From the NCBI RefSeq assembly GCF_009834535.1, contig NC_045697.1, positions 71,240,001 through 71,304,000 of the forward strand: DNA of 64,000 nucleotides. The letters are read 5' to 3'. A program made the translations under genes and the position numbers. The notes beneath the pieces are model-generated. The model worked only from the letters and a program-made list of their open reading frames with translations, was not told the DNA's origin and made no database searches. Each line of letters begins with the position of its first letter. Positions within the stretch are counted from its first letter, which is position 1. This document shows, one piece after another, positions 25,281 to 39,270 of this stretch. Origin of the DNA: Camelus ferus. Lineage: Eukaryota.

Positions 25281-28200
25281 AGAAATATGGTAAATGTATT
25301 CCATCAACAGATCATTAAAGTATTCTTTTGTAGCTAAGGACGGAAGAGGTTAAGATCTCATAGGTTTCTTAAAGCTGGGGTCCAAAAGTTTATGCTTAAG
25401 TCTAACTTAATACAGACAGCATTCTCGACTTTTAATAAGTGCATAAAATGCACTACAAATTCAAGGGAATTCTGATACTCCAAAGTTCTGTCCAAAATAC
25501 ATTACCATTTGCATGCATTGCACAAAAGGACTTAAATTCTAAGAAAAGCAAGATGATTAACTACTTTGGAGGATCTTTTTCCAAATCTTCTATATTCCTA
25601 AATTGTTCTACACAGGTTTCCACACCTTTTAAGGTAGACTTGGTCTACCTCTGCTGGACAAACAACCTCTCAACCAAAAAGTTTAAAAAAATTTAAACTA
25701 GCAGCAAATGAGAATATAATGAAGAGAAAAAAAATTATTTTCAAAGCAGGCACTCCTTGAGAGAATTATGAGCTATTGAGCTTTCGAAAGCAAAGAATTC
25801 TCTCTCAAAGAGTTTAATCTAATTAAAAAAAAGCTTCCTGGCTTAAAAAATAAAAGAACAGATGAGAAAGTTATCTGACCTTCCTTCAATAATGTGTGGC
25901 CCCCAAAAAGAATGAGGTACACATTACATGATCACTTTTAAAAGCTAGTGATGTGCTATTTTAAAAATGACTAAGATTATAGTCTGACTATTTACTTTCA
26001 GCTGCTTGGCATATCTCCAAGGAAAAGCTACAGATTAGTGGAGATGCCCCACTTAAGGTCCACTCACACCCATAAACATCTGTTTAGTGTCCACTAATTT
26101 CAGTAAGTTTCTAAACCATCTACAAGTTGTATGAACTAACTACTCTTACCCAGGAGTACACAAAAATTTCACGACAAGCCATGTTACTTAATTGAAATAA
26201 ACTAAACACATTAAATCCTTTAAAACGTGAAATCATCCATTTTAAATAAGCAGTAGGTTAAGTGATAGTACAAAATTGATAGTCATGTGACAGCAGTTTG
26301 TTTCTTTCAGCTAGGATCAGGTTAAAGGAGAAAAACATTTTCCCAAATTAGTGAGAAATCTGAGTTAAGAATTCGTTCAGGGATATTTAGAGGGGGTTTC
26401 AGTACAAAAGTATAATGGTATCAATTACTGAATATGTTTAAACATCCATGGGATAAGCTTATATTAATAAACCTATGTTAATTCAAAATAGCCCACTAAG
26501 TATGACAAAGTGATCCAGCAAACACTCTTAAGGACAGTTGTCTTTATGGTATCAAATATATTAAGCAGACTAAGTTGGGTGCATTTGGCCTCTCTATCAA
26601 TTTTCTCTTTTCAAATGGAGATAACATCTACTTCCCTAGAATAACGGTAAAGAATATGTAAGATACTGTGTGTATCTTATATTCCCTCCATGCAAGCCCC
26701 ATTTTCTACAAGAATCAGTGAGCAGAACAGCAGGTCAAAAAAATTACCAAGAATCATTAAATGTATAGATCAAGATCAGGAAATAGTATCCCTACGGAAA
26801 CTACTAAGAGTTTACACACACAACACTTCTAGTGTGTGTATATATATATTTAAATCTGGAAGTAACCTATCTCAAATTGCAATTAAAAGAGTTTACATTT
26901 GAAATTAGATATTAGTATTAGGAAGGCATCGCCTATAAGCTACCCTAAAATGTAATCAATTAAAACCAAATTGTTCACTTACATATTACATTGATATTAA
27001 AACAGCAGAGGTGCTAAAGAAAGACGATATTTTAAAAACAGATGAGCACAGCCACAGAACAGCTTCAATGGAGTATTTTTCAATGTAGTTATTTCAATGT
27101 GTTTCTTATAAGAAATACACATCTAACAGTAAAGGGACAATGTTTCAGGCTGTAAGAACTTGACCAAAACAGGGCATAATCACAGTTATTCTGTCTTTTT
27201 AATCTTGAGTTCAACAAGCAATATTCTAATTGGTAATTAGACTGCCATGAATTTGTAAATAGATCAGGCCTATTCTGAGAACTCTAGCGAAATAACCACA
27301 TAAGTCTGAGTTTCCTGGTAGGTATCTCTGCTCCAACATGGAAAAAGCCTGTATGAGAGCAAAGCCAACTAAGAGGAGAGGATCACAAAGGGATAAAGAG
27401 GAGAACCCCACCTTTTCACGTGTATGGTTAAAGCCAAATCTATCCCTTGGACTTACAGTTATAAGACGGGCTATTTTTGATGGGATTTATGTTATTTGCT
27501 ATCAAATGACTCTTACCCAACACAGTAGACATAATTTGTGCTTCTATGTCCACCAGTGATCTGTGCAATCCAAAACTGCGATTCAGTTTTCTCAACTATG
27601 TTACCAACCAGACATGTTTATTTTTTATGTATTTTAACCAAAATTACAAAGTAAAAACACAAGTCCTTTAGTACAACTGACATACAGAGTTACATTTTAA
27701 AAAAAATAGTCATAGTTCAGAAACCACAAACATTTATTTAAAAAAACAAACACAAGAGCATTTCATAGATAAATGAGTGTTGGCTGTTACCCTGTCATGC
27801 ACTGTAACATCTCTAAGGCAAGGAAAAGCAATCCTTAACCTAAAGGCTTAAAAATAGGAACAGGGACCAGAGTCCATCAGTGAGAGTGTCATTCCATCTT
27901 CAGTGTTGAGAGCACATTTTTAAAAAAATGTTCTTTCTCTAAATTTTTTCCCTAAAAAGCTAACTACAAAAAAAAAAAAGGGAGGAAGAGCAGGATTCAT
28001 TTGTTGTTGTCATCTTGCATGAAATGAGGGAACTCTTCCAAGGATGCTGAGTACCAGTGAACAAGCCTCCAAGATGGGAATAACAAAACAAAAACAAGGC
28101 AAGCAGCTTGGTACTAAGGCAGCACAAAGCTGCAAAGGTAAGAGCAAGAAAATTTAACTGCATGCAAAAAACAAGAGAAAGCTGAAGAGTCAAATGGCAG

Positions 28201-29412
28201 AGTTCAAGTGCTAAGAGAAAGATGTTTCTAGCAGCAATACTGTAGAGAAAGGGGAAAAAACAGGCCAACCAGAAAGGCAGCTGTTGTGACAGAGGGTGTC
28301 TTAAATGCAAAGACCATTTATAGTCATTTCCCCTGCAGAAGGTTGGTGCTTGCCCCCAAGCCTGATTAAGAATAAGAAATCCTTGTTTCATTTGCCTTTA
28401 ATACTTCTGACCCAGAACCCTTGTTAAATGAGCTCTTTTGAACACATTTTGACTTTCAGGTTAAATGTTAAATAAATAGTAGTCAGTCTTGTCACATAGA
28501 GATCTTTTTCTATGCCAACCAAAACATGCCTAAACCTGCTCATAAAAAAATAGACACCATATTTATTCCAAATGCATGCAATCACTGTGATAAAGAAGTA
28601 GTATATTTTGTTGATATCATAATTCTGAAGAGATATAAAAATGGACACAAAAATATTGTATTGTAAAAAAAAATTCAGTGTTGCTATGACATTATTTTTG
28701 CTAGGTTTGACATGTGTATGTATTCATGTGCATAACATGTATTTAATTAGTGAGAAAAGTATCCAAAATAAGTAAAAAATAGAATATGCATTTCTCCTTA
28801 GAGCATGAAAATCTTCACATTTCAGCCACAACTTTGTGATCTGTAAAATAAAGGCACTGGGCTAAAATGTAATCTTCCAGTCTTTGCTGTGTCCAGATTG
28901 GATGGTCCTAACATTCCAACAACTCAGGCCTACTGTGCTTGCCTCCTAATCTGTCTGCCACATTTCCTCTATGTCTAAAGCCATTCCTCAAATGAAACCA
29001 AACTATAAAATGCTACTAATCTAGTAAATGGCTTTAAAAATACTCAAACGTGCTACCACAGGGCTTTGGGGAAAGCAATTATTTTAAAGACTAAAATTAG
29101 AATTTCTTCAGTGCCTCTTATTCAAGGAATATCAAGTACTTCAACAAACTAAGGTTAACTGTAAGTGTTACTGACCCCCTTCTTCAGTCAAGGGTAGACT
29201 GATTAACCCACTTACCCAACATGTAATAAGGAATAAATGGAGTCAGAGTATATATATATATGTCTGCATATACTGTGTCTCCGCTCTAATCAGGTACCCA
29301 ATTTCCCCAAACAAAAATCCTGTATTAACCTCTCAAATGTTAAAACCATTAGGTTAAGGCTCTATACTCTCATATATAAGCCACCTTTTCTCTCTGAGGA
29401 ATGTATATTTTA

Positions 29413-29701
29413 ATAATGGTAATACTAACAGCAAATGCTTACGTAACACTACTGTGTGCCTGGCACTCTTCTAAAGACTTTATACATGTATTAATTCATT
29501 TAAACACCACACAATTCTATAGCTAGGTGCTATTATTACCTTGTTTTGCAGACTTAAAGAACAAAAATAAAAAACAAAACAAAACAAAAAACAGGGACAT
29601 AATTAACTTGCCCCTGGTCACACAGCAAATAAGCAGCAGAGCTAGGATTCAATGCAAGCAGGTTGGCCCCAAAGCCCAGACTCTAAACCACCCCACCATA
29701 C
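29413..29701 (-). mobile_element. MIR, near full length, with an internal (CAAAA)n expansion
   Basis: tgtgtgcctggcactcttctaa...taacttgcccctggtcacacagcaaataagcagcagagctaggattcaa...ctctaaaccac. Confidence 0.85.
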
Positions 29702-30320
29702 GCAACTCAGGGCAAGGGGCACATAAATACTGCACTTCTCTGCACTGTTTGGTTTCCATCAACTACTTTGTTCCTTTGGCTGCATTTATTAAGCACTCAG
29801 TAACTGCAGTTGAATGAATAGAATATATGCGTGGAATTAAAGCCACTGACTTTAAGAAAAGGAAATACCCAGTACACACAGGAAAACAAGCTTAAGAACA
29901 AAACTAAAATACTTAGACTCCTATCCAGTGTAATCTCATGAGTTTATTTAATGACTCTTAGTCCAGTTTTTATCCATTTGGTATTCCACATCGCCTGGCC
30001 TCCCTCTGTCTAGTTCACCTGAAGGAAAGAATGGAACAAAAAACAGACAATAAATTTTGGCAGCATCTTCATTCCCTAGTCCCAAGGAAGGATAAAAACA
30101 GGGAGGAAGTTCAGCCCTGCATAGAAGAGAATTATTTTCTATAGGATTATCAATGAATTACCACACCAAAAAGATTAGGTGTAAGCCCAGAATTTCTTTC
30201 ATGTTCAATTCTCATTTATGTTGATAGCATCATTTTAAATACCTGATTTACAAGATGAAATGTTTTCTTTAGAGTTAAGTAGCTGACACAGAATGGAAAT
30301 AAACTCTAGTCCTACTAAAC

Positions 30321-30516
30321 CAGTGCATTTTTAAGCCTGGCCAAATTTAAGAATCACCAAGGAGACTTAAAAAACAAAACAAAAACAAAAACAAACCTGA
30401 TGTTGGAGCCTCACCTAGAGAGTCTAATTTAATTGGTTAGGGGGAGAACTAGGCACTGGGAGCTTTAAAAGTGCTCTAGGTGATTGGATGTGCAGCCATA
30501 CTTGGGAGGTACGGTT
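30321..30516. mobile_element. MER5B-like (hAT-Charlie)
   Basis: agaatcaccaaggag...tctaatttaattggtt...aaaagtgctctaggtgattggatgtgcagcca. Confidence 0.7.
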
Positions 30517-30527
30517 TAAATGTTACC

Positions 30528-30691
30528 CAGGGCTTCTCAAACTTCAATGTGCATGAAGATCACTTGAGAATCTTATTTAAAATGCAGACTGATTCAAAAG
30601 GTCTAGACTATGGCCTGAGACTCTGTCTTTCCAAAACGCTGCCAGGCACTGCTGACCCTGCTGCTCTATGAACTACACTTCTGAGCAGCAA
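30528..30691. mobile_element. MER5A-like (hAT-Charlie), internally deleted
   Basis: cagggcttctcaaacttcaatgtgcatgaagatcacttg...ctgattcaaaaggtct...actacacttctgagcagcaa. Confidence 0.72.
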
Positions 30692-31124
30692 CCTACCGTC
30701 CCTCCAGCAATAGATTATTATAATCAGTATTAAAACGGAGAGGGAGTGGACAAGATATTACAATTGAGGGTGATGTAGAATATTTCACTTTTATGTAAAG
30801 ATAGACTTATTTTTAAAAAGCAACTTGAAGCCACAAGCAATGATCATAGAATATAAGGTTACTGTGAATCCAATGAGCTACTATGCATGAAGCATGAGGG
30901 CTGTTCCTGGCCCAGAAACAGTACTCAGTATTAGCTATTCTGTTACTATTTTATTAACAAAGGAGTTGGCATGATCACTATCCAAATCAAGAAAACTGAG
31001 TGCAGATATATATACTGTTTTCTAGAAAAGTATAGCTTTTACTTGCTCACAGTCTTACCATTATGACATTCTCTCCTATACGTAGACCATTTGGTATAGA
31101 GATAAAATATTTGCCCCAGAGACA

Positions 31125-31330
31125 AACTTTGACATTTGATAACACAATATCTGAGATCTGCTTTAAAATACTTCAACAGAGAAAACATTAAGAAGAAGGG
31201 AGCACATTAAGCAAATGAAGTGATATCAGAACTGGATAATTACCTGTGAGTTAAGTATACGAGGGGTTCATGGCCCTCTCCTCTCAACTTCTATGTATGT
31301 TTGAAATTTTTCAAAATAATTTTTAAATGT
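31125..31330 (+). mobile_element. Old L1M 3' fragment
   Basis: atctgagatctgctttaaaatacttca...ggggttcat...acttctatgtatgtttgaaatttttcaaaataa. Confidence 0.65.
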
Positions 31331-32879
31331 TCTTCTTTGAGCCTCAGCTTCATTCCTGATTAGCTCTGTGATCATGAACAAATTAGTTAACTTCTCTGAT
31401 CCACAGACCACTCTTCATAGAACAGGTTTCCATGCCAACCACCTGATAAAGTTTACCACAGGGATTAATGGAAAGGGCACTGTAAAAACAACTGACACCA
31501 AGCAGACCACAACATAAACATAAATTCAATTGTAGTCCAAAAGGGTCCAATTTAAAGAGAAGCAAAAAGAATGGTAAAGTGTTTCTAAAATAGAAACAGG
31601 TATATCTGTAGAGATTGAAGATGATGTGTCATCCTCCTGACATTTCAGTCCTTTCTATTACCTCTTTCTTAACATTCTAGGCCAGATTTCATCATAAATA
31701 GCAACAAGTAGCATAAAATGAATTCTCCAGAATGCCACGTCCTGAGATAAATGCATAAAAAGGTTTCTTGCATGACAACACAAATCAACTATGGGTGACT
31801 TACAGACAAACACCACTTCTAGCTGCTACACTATTGCCCTGAAGACAAATAACATGGCTTTTTCTCCCACTCACTACCTTCATTTATGAAAATCTCTGAA
31901 TAGCAGCTGGGGACAACAGTGTAGAGGAAAGTAATATCTTGAATACATGCCAAATAATCAAAAGCAAAATATCACTTCTGGTGCTCTCTCTCCATAGGAT
32001 AAAAGTTCAAATAAGAGCAGATGGTATCTTTATTATCTGTAACATAATTGCAATATAATTACACAATCATTTGAAAGTATATATTATTGGATACAATTCT
32101 ATTATTCTGGAAACAAATCAAATCACTCACAGAACCTGGTAGTTGGAAACCTTATACAGAGGGAAAGTGCATAACCTCACAATATACAATTTAGCATAAG
32201 AGTGAAGAGGAAAATTTATTTAAAATAGTAAACAATGTATGCAATTTCCATTTTTTGAAGAATATATAGAAATAATGACATATCAAGTCTCACTTATGTC
32301 TATTCCAATTGAATTCTAATCAAATATTGTCACTGATTGAAACTCCTAGAGGCATGCCTCTCTTTCATAAGAAAAAATTCTAAAGCCTGGAATGCACTAC
32401 AAATTTGCTAGCCTCCCTCATTAGTTCAAGAAAGAGCAAAACAGTAAAGTGAGTTCAGAGGTTGTATTTTCTAGGGGAATTCTCAAAAGAAGCACACTCT
32501 GTGTTGATCTTCTGCTTTACAATTTTGCTCTTAAGACACAAGTTAAAGCCACATTAAAAAACAAAACAAAACAAAACAAAAACCAGTATTCAAGCATGTT
32601 TCTTACATATTTCTCATATAGCTCATATGTGGAATGAATGGAATGCTTAGTCACTAGTTATTTTACTTATATTTTCCTATCTGAATACAGACTTACCTGA
32701 TATTTTTCCTATCCTAATAACATTCAAATTATCTATGTGTGCAATAATAAACACTAGGCATAATCATTTCAGTATCAATTTCCTTAAAAGGTAAAGCTTA
32801 TTTCAGGCAAGGTCTGGCTCAAGGATTAAAATAAACACACACAGCAGGAAAGTTGTAATGTATATTCTGTTTTTTTAGG

Positions 32880-32894
32880 CTATGAAATACCACA

Positions 32895-32937
<43 letters not shown>

Positions 32938-32947
32938 TATTTCATAG
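32880..32947. repeat. 13-bp perfect inverted repeat enclosing a (TG)(TA)n microsatellite
   Basis: ctatgaaatacca (32880-32892) and tggtatttcatag (32935-32947). Confidence 0.93.
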
Positions 32948-35229
32948 ATATGACACACAATGACACCCAAGAACTGTCAGTAAAATACCCTAGCTGTACT
33001 CCTATTTAAGAATTAAGGTTATTCATGAATTTGAATAACCTTCCATGTGTTAATGAATACCTTTAAACAACTATACAAAAAAAGTCATATTTGAAGTCCA
33101 ATGTTCACAAAAATGTCACAGGGGGAAAAAAGGAGAGGAAGAGAAAATATGAACCCAAGCTGATCCCAGCAGGGAAGAAGTTTTCCCACATACAGAGGTA
33201 TTAGCCACAAAGCAAGGGAAAGCCAGAGGCTCCAGTATGAAATTAGAGCTCCCTGAATTTACACTGAGGGCATCGAGGCAGCGTGCTCAGTCTTCCGTTC
33301 CAGCTGAGCCTGTGACCTGCAGCTATTTCCCCCTTAGGATTTCTTACAGTGAGTCCAACCAGGTTCAGCTAGATCAGAAATGTGTTTAGCAATCATATGA
33401 ACAGAGAAATATATTTCTCTAATCACCCGCCTCAGAGAAGCATTAGAATTCTGAATCTGAATCATCACCCTTTTCTTTTAAGGAATTACATCATCAGTTT
33501 AAAAGTGCAACTAGACTAGTCCTAAGCATTTGTCATTGTACAGAATGGCAACAACTGGTACATGAAAAATTCTGATCTCAAAACAATTCACATCTGCATC
33601 TAAAATGCTACGATGAAACCACATAACTCCCTCCTCAAAATGTTTCATGTGACGTCTCCTTGAAGTGGCTTTCACTTTAGCTATGTGTGGCTTCCTTTAT
33701 TTGCTTTAGAGACAAAAATATGAAAATGAATATAAAGAAGCAGAGACTAAAACAAAGGCCAACAGTAGATACAACAGCCAGCACCAGATTTTTTTTTTCT
33801 TCATAGTTTTAACCTAGAGAGAAAACTCCAGGTCCAATAAAAGTACCTTCTCTATGTAATTCATGGTTAAGACTTCTATGTTTTAGATTTGTCTTGTAAC
33901 ACCATGAGAAGGTCAGTGATGTCAAGTAAAGCCTGGCTAACAGTCCCATTGTTTGTCAGCCTCAGCTACATATTTCTAAAAAGGATGCAGACATCCTTGC
34001 CCCACAAGAGAGTTACATTTTTCTCCCACAAAAAATGCCAACGATATTCCACTAAAATGATTTCCAGCAGCAACAATATTTTATATAAAAACAAATCCCT
34101 AATCCCTTGATAGAATTTTCTATCAATTCATTGATACCACCCAATATATTTAGCCTTGAGTGCACTTCAACTCAGTGTCCTGGTGGTAAAAGTTCAGGAT
34201 CTGGAGTCCAAATATCTGCTCCACCACTGACTGGCTGTGTGACCTTGAAAGGATACTGAACCTTCCCTAGACTCAGAGTGATTAGAAGGATAAAACTAGG
34301 TATTAACATTTTTAGAATAGAGCGCTCAAAAATCTATTAACTCACTTTATTATTTACTTACTTGGAGCAAGAAACAAAGTAGCTGACAAGTTAACAAAGT
34401 GTTCTCCTCAAACAGAATCAAGGGATATAATATATTACAAAACATATGCCACTAATAAACACACCAACTCTCTAATCATTATTCTTGGAACATTCATTCC
34501 TTCCACTCTCTGAAATGACAAAACAGTAAGATAAGTTACAGGGTAGGCAAAGACATTGGACATTTTTTTAAATTTATCATTCTGAAGTACAGCTTCAGAA
34601 AAATACAATCTAGTAAGGAAAAAGTCAAGGACAACAATTAGTCAAGCAGTTCCCTTTTTTTCCTACAGAAGCCACAAGCTTCTTATTAACACAGGTGGGA
34701 TTTTTTCCCATGTTACATATGCAGAATCTAAAATAAAGATTTGTGAACTCACTCATCCACACTGACTGGTTCTAAAAATTCATCTCATTCCCAGGCTTAG
34801 ATCAAGACCTAGGCAAATCTACTAAGGGCATAAATCGGGGCAAATAACTAGAAAGAAGAGGTAAAAGAATCTGTTTGTTTAAATAAAAGAGCAAAAAAGG
34901 CTAGAACCAGAGAACAAGGTAAGCAAGATTAAGTTGAATAAATAAAAGGGTTACTTTTGTGCTCAGAACTGTATAAAATAATTACAAAATCCAGAGTGAA
35001 GGAGACCTGGATTATAGGTTTATATGAAAATGTCTGAGATGGGGGATAAGGAAGTCAGGTATCCCATTAAATCAAGGGTACCAGAAAAAGTAATCCAATT
35101 TGGGCTACATTAATAAAAGAGTAATACTGGAGGAGAAGAAAAGGAAGTGCCAATATCATTATGCTTTTGTGACGAGCAAGAATAGCTTTTCCAGTCAATT
35201 TGTTTGCTTGAGGGGGTGGTGGGAACCAT

Positions 35230-36360
35230 GATGAATTATACGCCAGGCATCATGCTAAGCCTGGGGAGATGAAATGGATAAAGCCTTGCCCTTGAAGATT
35301 ACACAGTTAAGGAGAAAACTGTGTCGTGAGTGTTTGTGATACCCTGTGGGTACAAAGTGCAAAAGGCCTGAGGGGATCAGAGAAGGAAGTCTGACACACA
35401 AGGACACAACAAGGAGCAACAGTATTCCATGCAGAGGTAAAGTAAATACAAAGCCATGGAAGACATCGCTGGGATTTTTAAGTTGTTCAGTTTAGTTCCA
35501 TCAACTTGATACAGACCAAACACAGACAAGCATGCAGAATACACATATGAATGAAAAATGTTCTCCCTGCTCCCAAGAACTTATATTGTAATAAACTGTA
35601 GAGACTTAAATTTAAGTTCAGTGTAATGTGATATATGCTATATTAGAGATATTTTCAAAATTCATGCAGTCAGGGTAAAATTTCATACTATAAAGAGTTC
35701 CTACGGTTCAGTCAGGAAGACATCAACCACCACATACGGGGTTAACATAATCAGGTATTCATTTTTAAATGATCACTCTGGCAGTGGTTAACGTTAGTGA
35801 GGGGATGAGTCTGAAAGCACAGAAAATAATGCTGCGGCACTGGGTGAAGGATGTAAAAGACCTGCACTGAATGACAGTTAATTAACTGGATAGATGGTGG
35901 TCACATCACCCAAGACAGAAAACACAGGAGAACGAATACCCCACTTCATTTTCACCACACCCATCCACAGCAACTACTGCATACATGGTTTGAAAGAAAG
36001 ATCCAGAGAAAAGACCCGACTGCAAATACAGATGTGTTAGTCATCAGACTATAAGGGAGAAATCCTATGAGCGTCAGGAGATGAAATTACCTGGAAGAAC
36101 TGGTAAAGGGATAAAAGGACATTAACATTTAGGATTCAATCAAGAAGAGCTGACAAACAAGTCAGAGAAACAGGAAATCCATGAAAGACAATGGGGACAA
36201 AGTTTCAGGAAGAAAGAGGTGGTCCATCATGTCAAGTATCACAGAGACCAGCAACTGGAGAGTCATTGGTGACCTTTGCCAAACTGATTCAGAGGAATGG
36301 GAGAGGCCCCCACAGGACAGTGGATTTGACTGTGGCCAGGAAGTGAGGAAGTATATGCTT
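35230..36360 (-). mobile_element. Fragmented L2
   Basis: gccaggcatcatgctaagcctgggga..., gatcactctggcag..., and ggagagtcattggtgacctttgcc are antisense L2 motifs. Confidence 0.55.
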
Positions 36361-36417
36361 TAATGCAGGTTACTTTGAGAAGAAGAAAGCTATGCTTTCA
36401 AGGGAGCTGTCCAACAA

Positions 36418-36662
36418 TAAAATCACAATACCTAACATGGACTGAGGGCTCTTTTTGAGCAGGCCATAGGCTAGGCATGTCACATACAATTCCTCTCATA
36501 GTTACCACCACCTTGCAAAGTCAGTATTACTGTTTCCACTTTTCAAAAATGGGTGCAGGATGATTACATGACTTCCCCATGAACACAGAGCAGGCACATG
36601 GAGAAAGGAGGATTTACATGCAGGTTCTGTCAAGCCATTAACCAATGCTCTTTCCACATTCT
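36418..36662 (-). mobile_element. MIR nested in an L3/CR1 3' fragment (~36400-36800)
   Basis: The MIR body is flanked by gagctgtccaacaat and by ggctgcctgcccatcactggaa...gttgaactagttgacttttaaagtcatttcca. Confidence 0.55.
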
Positions 36663-38849
36663 GAGGCTGCCTGCCCATCACTGGAAATCAGGGGAAGGGA
36701 GAAAATGTTAACCATTTAACAGGAAGGGTTTTTTTTTTTAAGATAGTTGAACTAGTTGACTTTTAAAGTCATTTCCACCTTCAGTAGCCCATGGTTCTAG
36801 CTCATATACTTTGCTCACAGGTGACTTCTATGTAATAGCTACAAAATTCCAGATCTAAATGCTCATCACTCCTTTTGCAGTACTTTTTATGCCATCTTCA
36901 TTTTAAAATAAGCCACATCCTAATGATGTGCCTATTATACTATGGAGAAAATTAATATTGGTTCCACTTATTTTTGCCAAAAAATGAAAGCACAGTCTAT
37001 GAAGACAGTTAATCACTCCCTTTTCTGCACTCCACAGCATGCTGCATCTTCTGCTATTACAACAATTATAATTTATACTGTGATTTGCTTTCACACCCCA
37101 CGCTGGACAGTAACCTTTGCTGAATGCCTACTTTATTTTAAGCCCTGAGAACACAGCACAGAGCCAGGCAAGCAGGGGGCACTTAAACTGTGATACATGC
37201 ATGGACAGAATGGAAGGACAGATGGGTAGACGGACAGTTCTGCAAGTGAAGGAAGCATTTTTTAACAGCCATTTTACACTCAATAATGGATTATTTAATC
37301 TACTTACCAACTGGGATATCACAATGGTATCATACTTGAGGGAACCAGTAGGGAAAATTGAGTGATACAAGAGGAATGGGATATGGATGTAAAAAGAGAC
37401 ATCAACATTCACTCTCAAAAAGGCTCCTGAATTACGGGATTTTTCCTGGATTCAATATCACCCAAAGGCAAAAGAAAAAAAAAAAAGAGAGAAAGTCGTC
37501 AATTCACTGAATTGCTTTTTTAAAAAATCAGTTACTTTTTAAACTTTTATCCAAGAAGGCCAGTCATTTCCTAAATAAATAATTAATCATGGAATTTCAG
37601 GTGTGGCCCCTGGGAGATATTCTAGGAGAGAAAGCTTCATAGGGCATTTTGAAATCACCCCAGAAGTGCATACTGTATGTTTCAAGATCTACTCAGTCTA
37701 CAAAGGTGTATCCTCTAATCTCAAGTCTCAGCCTTTTTTCTATCAAGATGTGTATGACATGACATTCATTTGCACAAAACACTAGCATGAGTGAACCCAG
37801 GTTCTATTAAACTATGCTCAAAAATGTTTATGGAAATTAAGGCAAACACTGCCACAGCTTACAAGAATGTCTGATTTCCACTGTGATTAAAGGCACATCC
37901 GTAAGATCAAGAGGACAGCAAGTTATGCAAATGCCCCACCATGACAGCTGCAGCTCCATCCTTTTCTCTCCCACATGGGAAAACACAGCAGAATGCAAGT
38001 GAAAGTAACATTTTAGGGTTTAACTCGAATCCACCCTAGTTTATATATAGATATTTTAAAATAAGTCATTTGCAAACTTCTGTACGTTGTTATCAGTAGC
38101 TGTTAATTCCTCACAGCTGAGTGTAACACAGAAATGTGCTGTGACACCACAGTTGGAAGCCACTGGCCTCTTTTAGGTCTCAGTGAAACTTACACTAGTT
38201 ATCAAATTACAGTCGGACTCACGGGGTTAGCCAAATTCAATGGCCTTAGAGGCCGTTTATCAACATCTCTGAAAGACAGAGCGCCAGAACTAAGAGCAGG
38301 TAGAGAGGCGGTTTCAGGCTCTGGTCAGGTCGGGTGCTGAGCTGTCTTTGTGATGTGATTTGAAAAGGAAAACAAGGAACTTGGCCTGTCCTGAGTTACG
38401 CCATCAAACCACCACGGGGTCAAGCTGTCGTGCTGCCTCAGTACTCTGCCTGTATTACAAATAAATGCAAACAAAATAAAAGCAATGCCTCCAAAGAGCC
38501 ACTGCTAAAATGCATCTGCTAGCCAGGCTTTCTGCAAGACTTCTACTCACAGAGCAGATTAGGTATTTGACACCTTAGAGCTCCAAAGGCCCTGGGAGAG
38601 GTACAACCGAAGGAAATTTCAGTAGGAAGAACGTGGGAAACAAGAGTATTGTGACAGAGGCAGTCCTGACCCAGCTACTGGACACCACGGAATGGATGCT
38701 AGACGGGGCCCAGCAACGAAGGACCCAAGTTCCAGGAAGTTTAAAGGTTAGCACATGGTCACAGGACAGCAATAATAGTAAAGCCCAAGGTACTGGAGGT
38801 TCCACGGAAGGAGGTAAGCCAAGAGGAACATTTGCTCATGTCTCCAGTT

Positions 38850-39270
38850 TCAAGAGGGCCTGAAAACTTGCTGTGATTTTAAAAGAAGGTTACTTGGTTG
38901 GGGAAAAGCCCAGGAACCAGTTGGGAAAAGCTACAAGGCTTAAGAACATGAAAGCTGCTCCTAATATCAAAGAGACTCTCTTGTAAAAGACAGATAAGGT
39001 TCATTTTATAAATCGAACCCTATAGAGCAATGCTAGGAATAACGAACATGGACTTCAGAGCATCAGACAAGGTCAAACACAAGGAGACAATCTGGGGAGC
39101 AGAAACGGCTGGGATAGAGCAGGAGATCCTAGGAAGTTGAGGGCTCCCTCTCACGAGATGTGTTCACACAGCAGTGGGATTACTATTTGTCAGGGAGTCT
39201 GGACAGGGGCTTCCACACTGGGGATGGCCTGAGCTAGATTCTGATGCACCTTCCAATTCTAAGAGTCTGA
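38850..39270 (+). mobile_element. L3/CR1 3' end
   Basis: gggctccctctcacgagatgtgttca...ttgtcaggga...ctagattctgatgcaccttccaattctaagagtctga. Confidence 0.65.

Noticed and set aside
27960..28391. 143-aa hydrophobic minus-strand ORF near an A run (possible retrocopy)
   Set aside because: No recognisable homology, the Leu/Phe bias follows from the T-rich strand, and the A run is on the wrong strand to be its tail.
32690..32715. AG|GTAAGT possible recursive splice site (similar at ~25070 and ~30415)
   Set aside because: No adequate polypyrimidine tract upstream on the sense strand.
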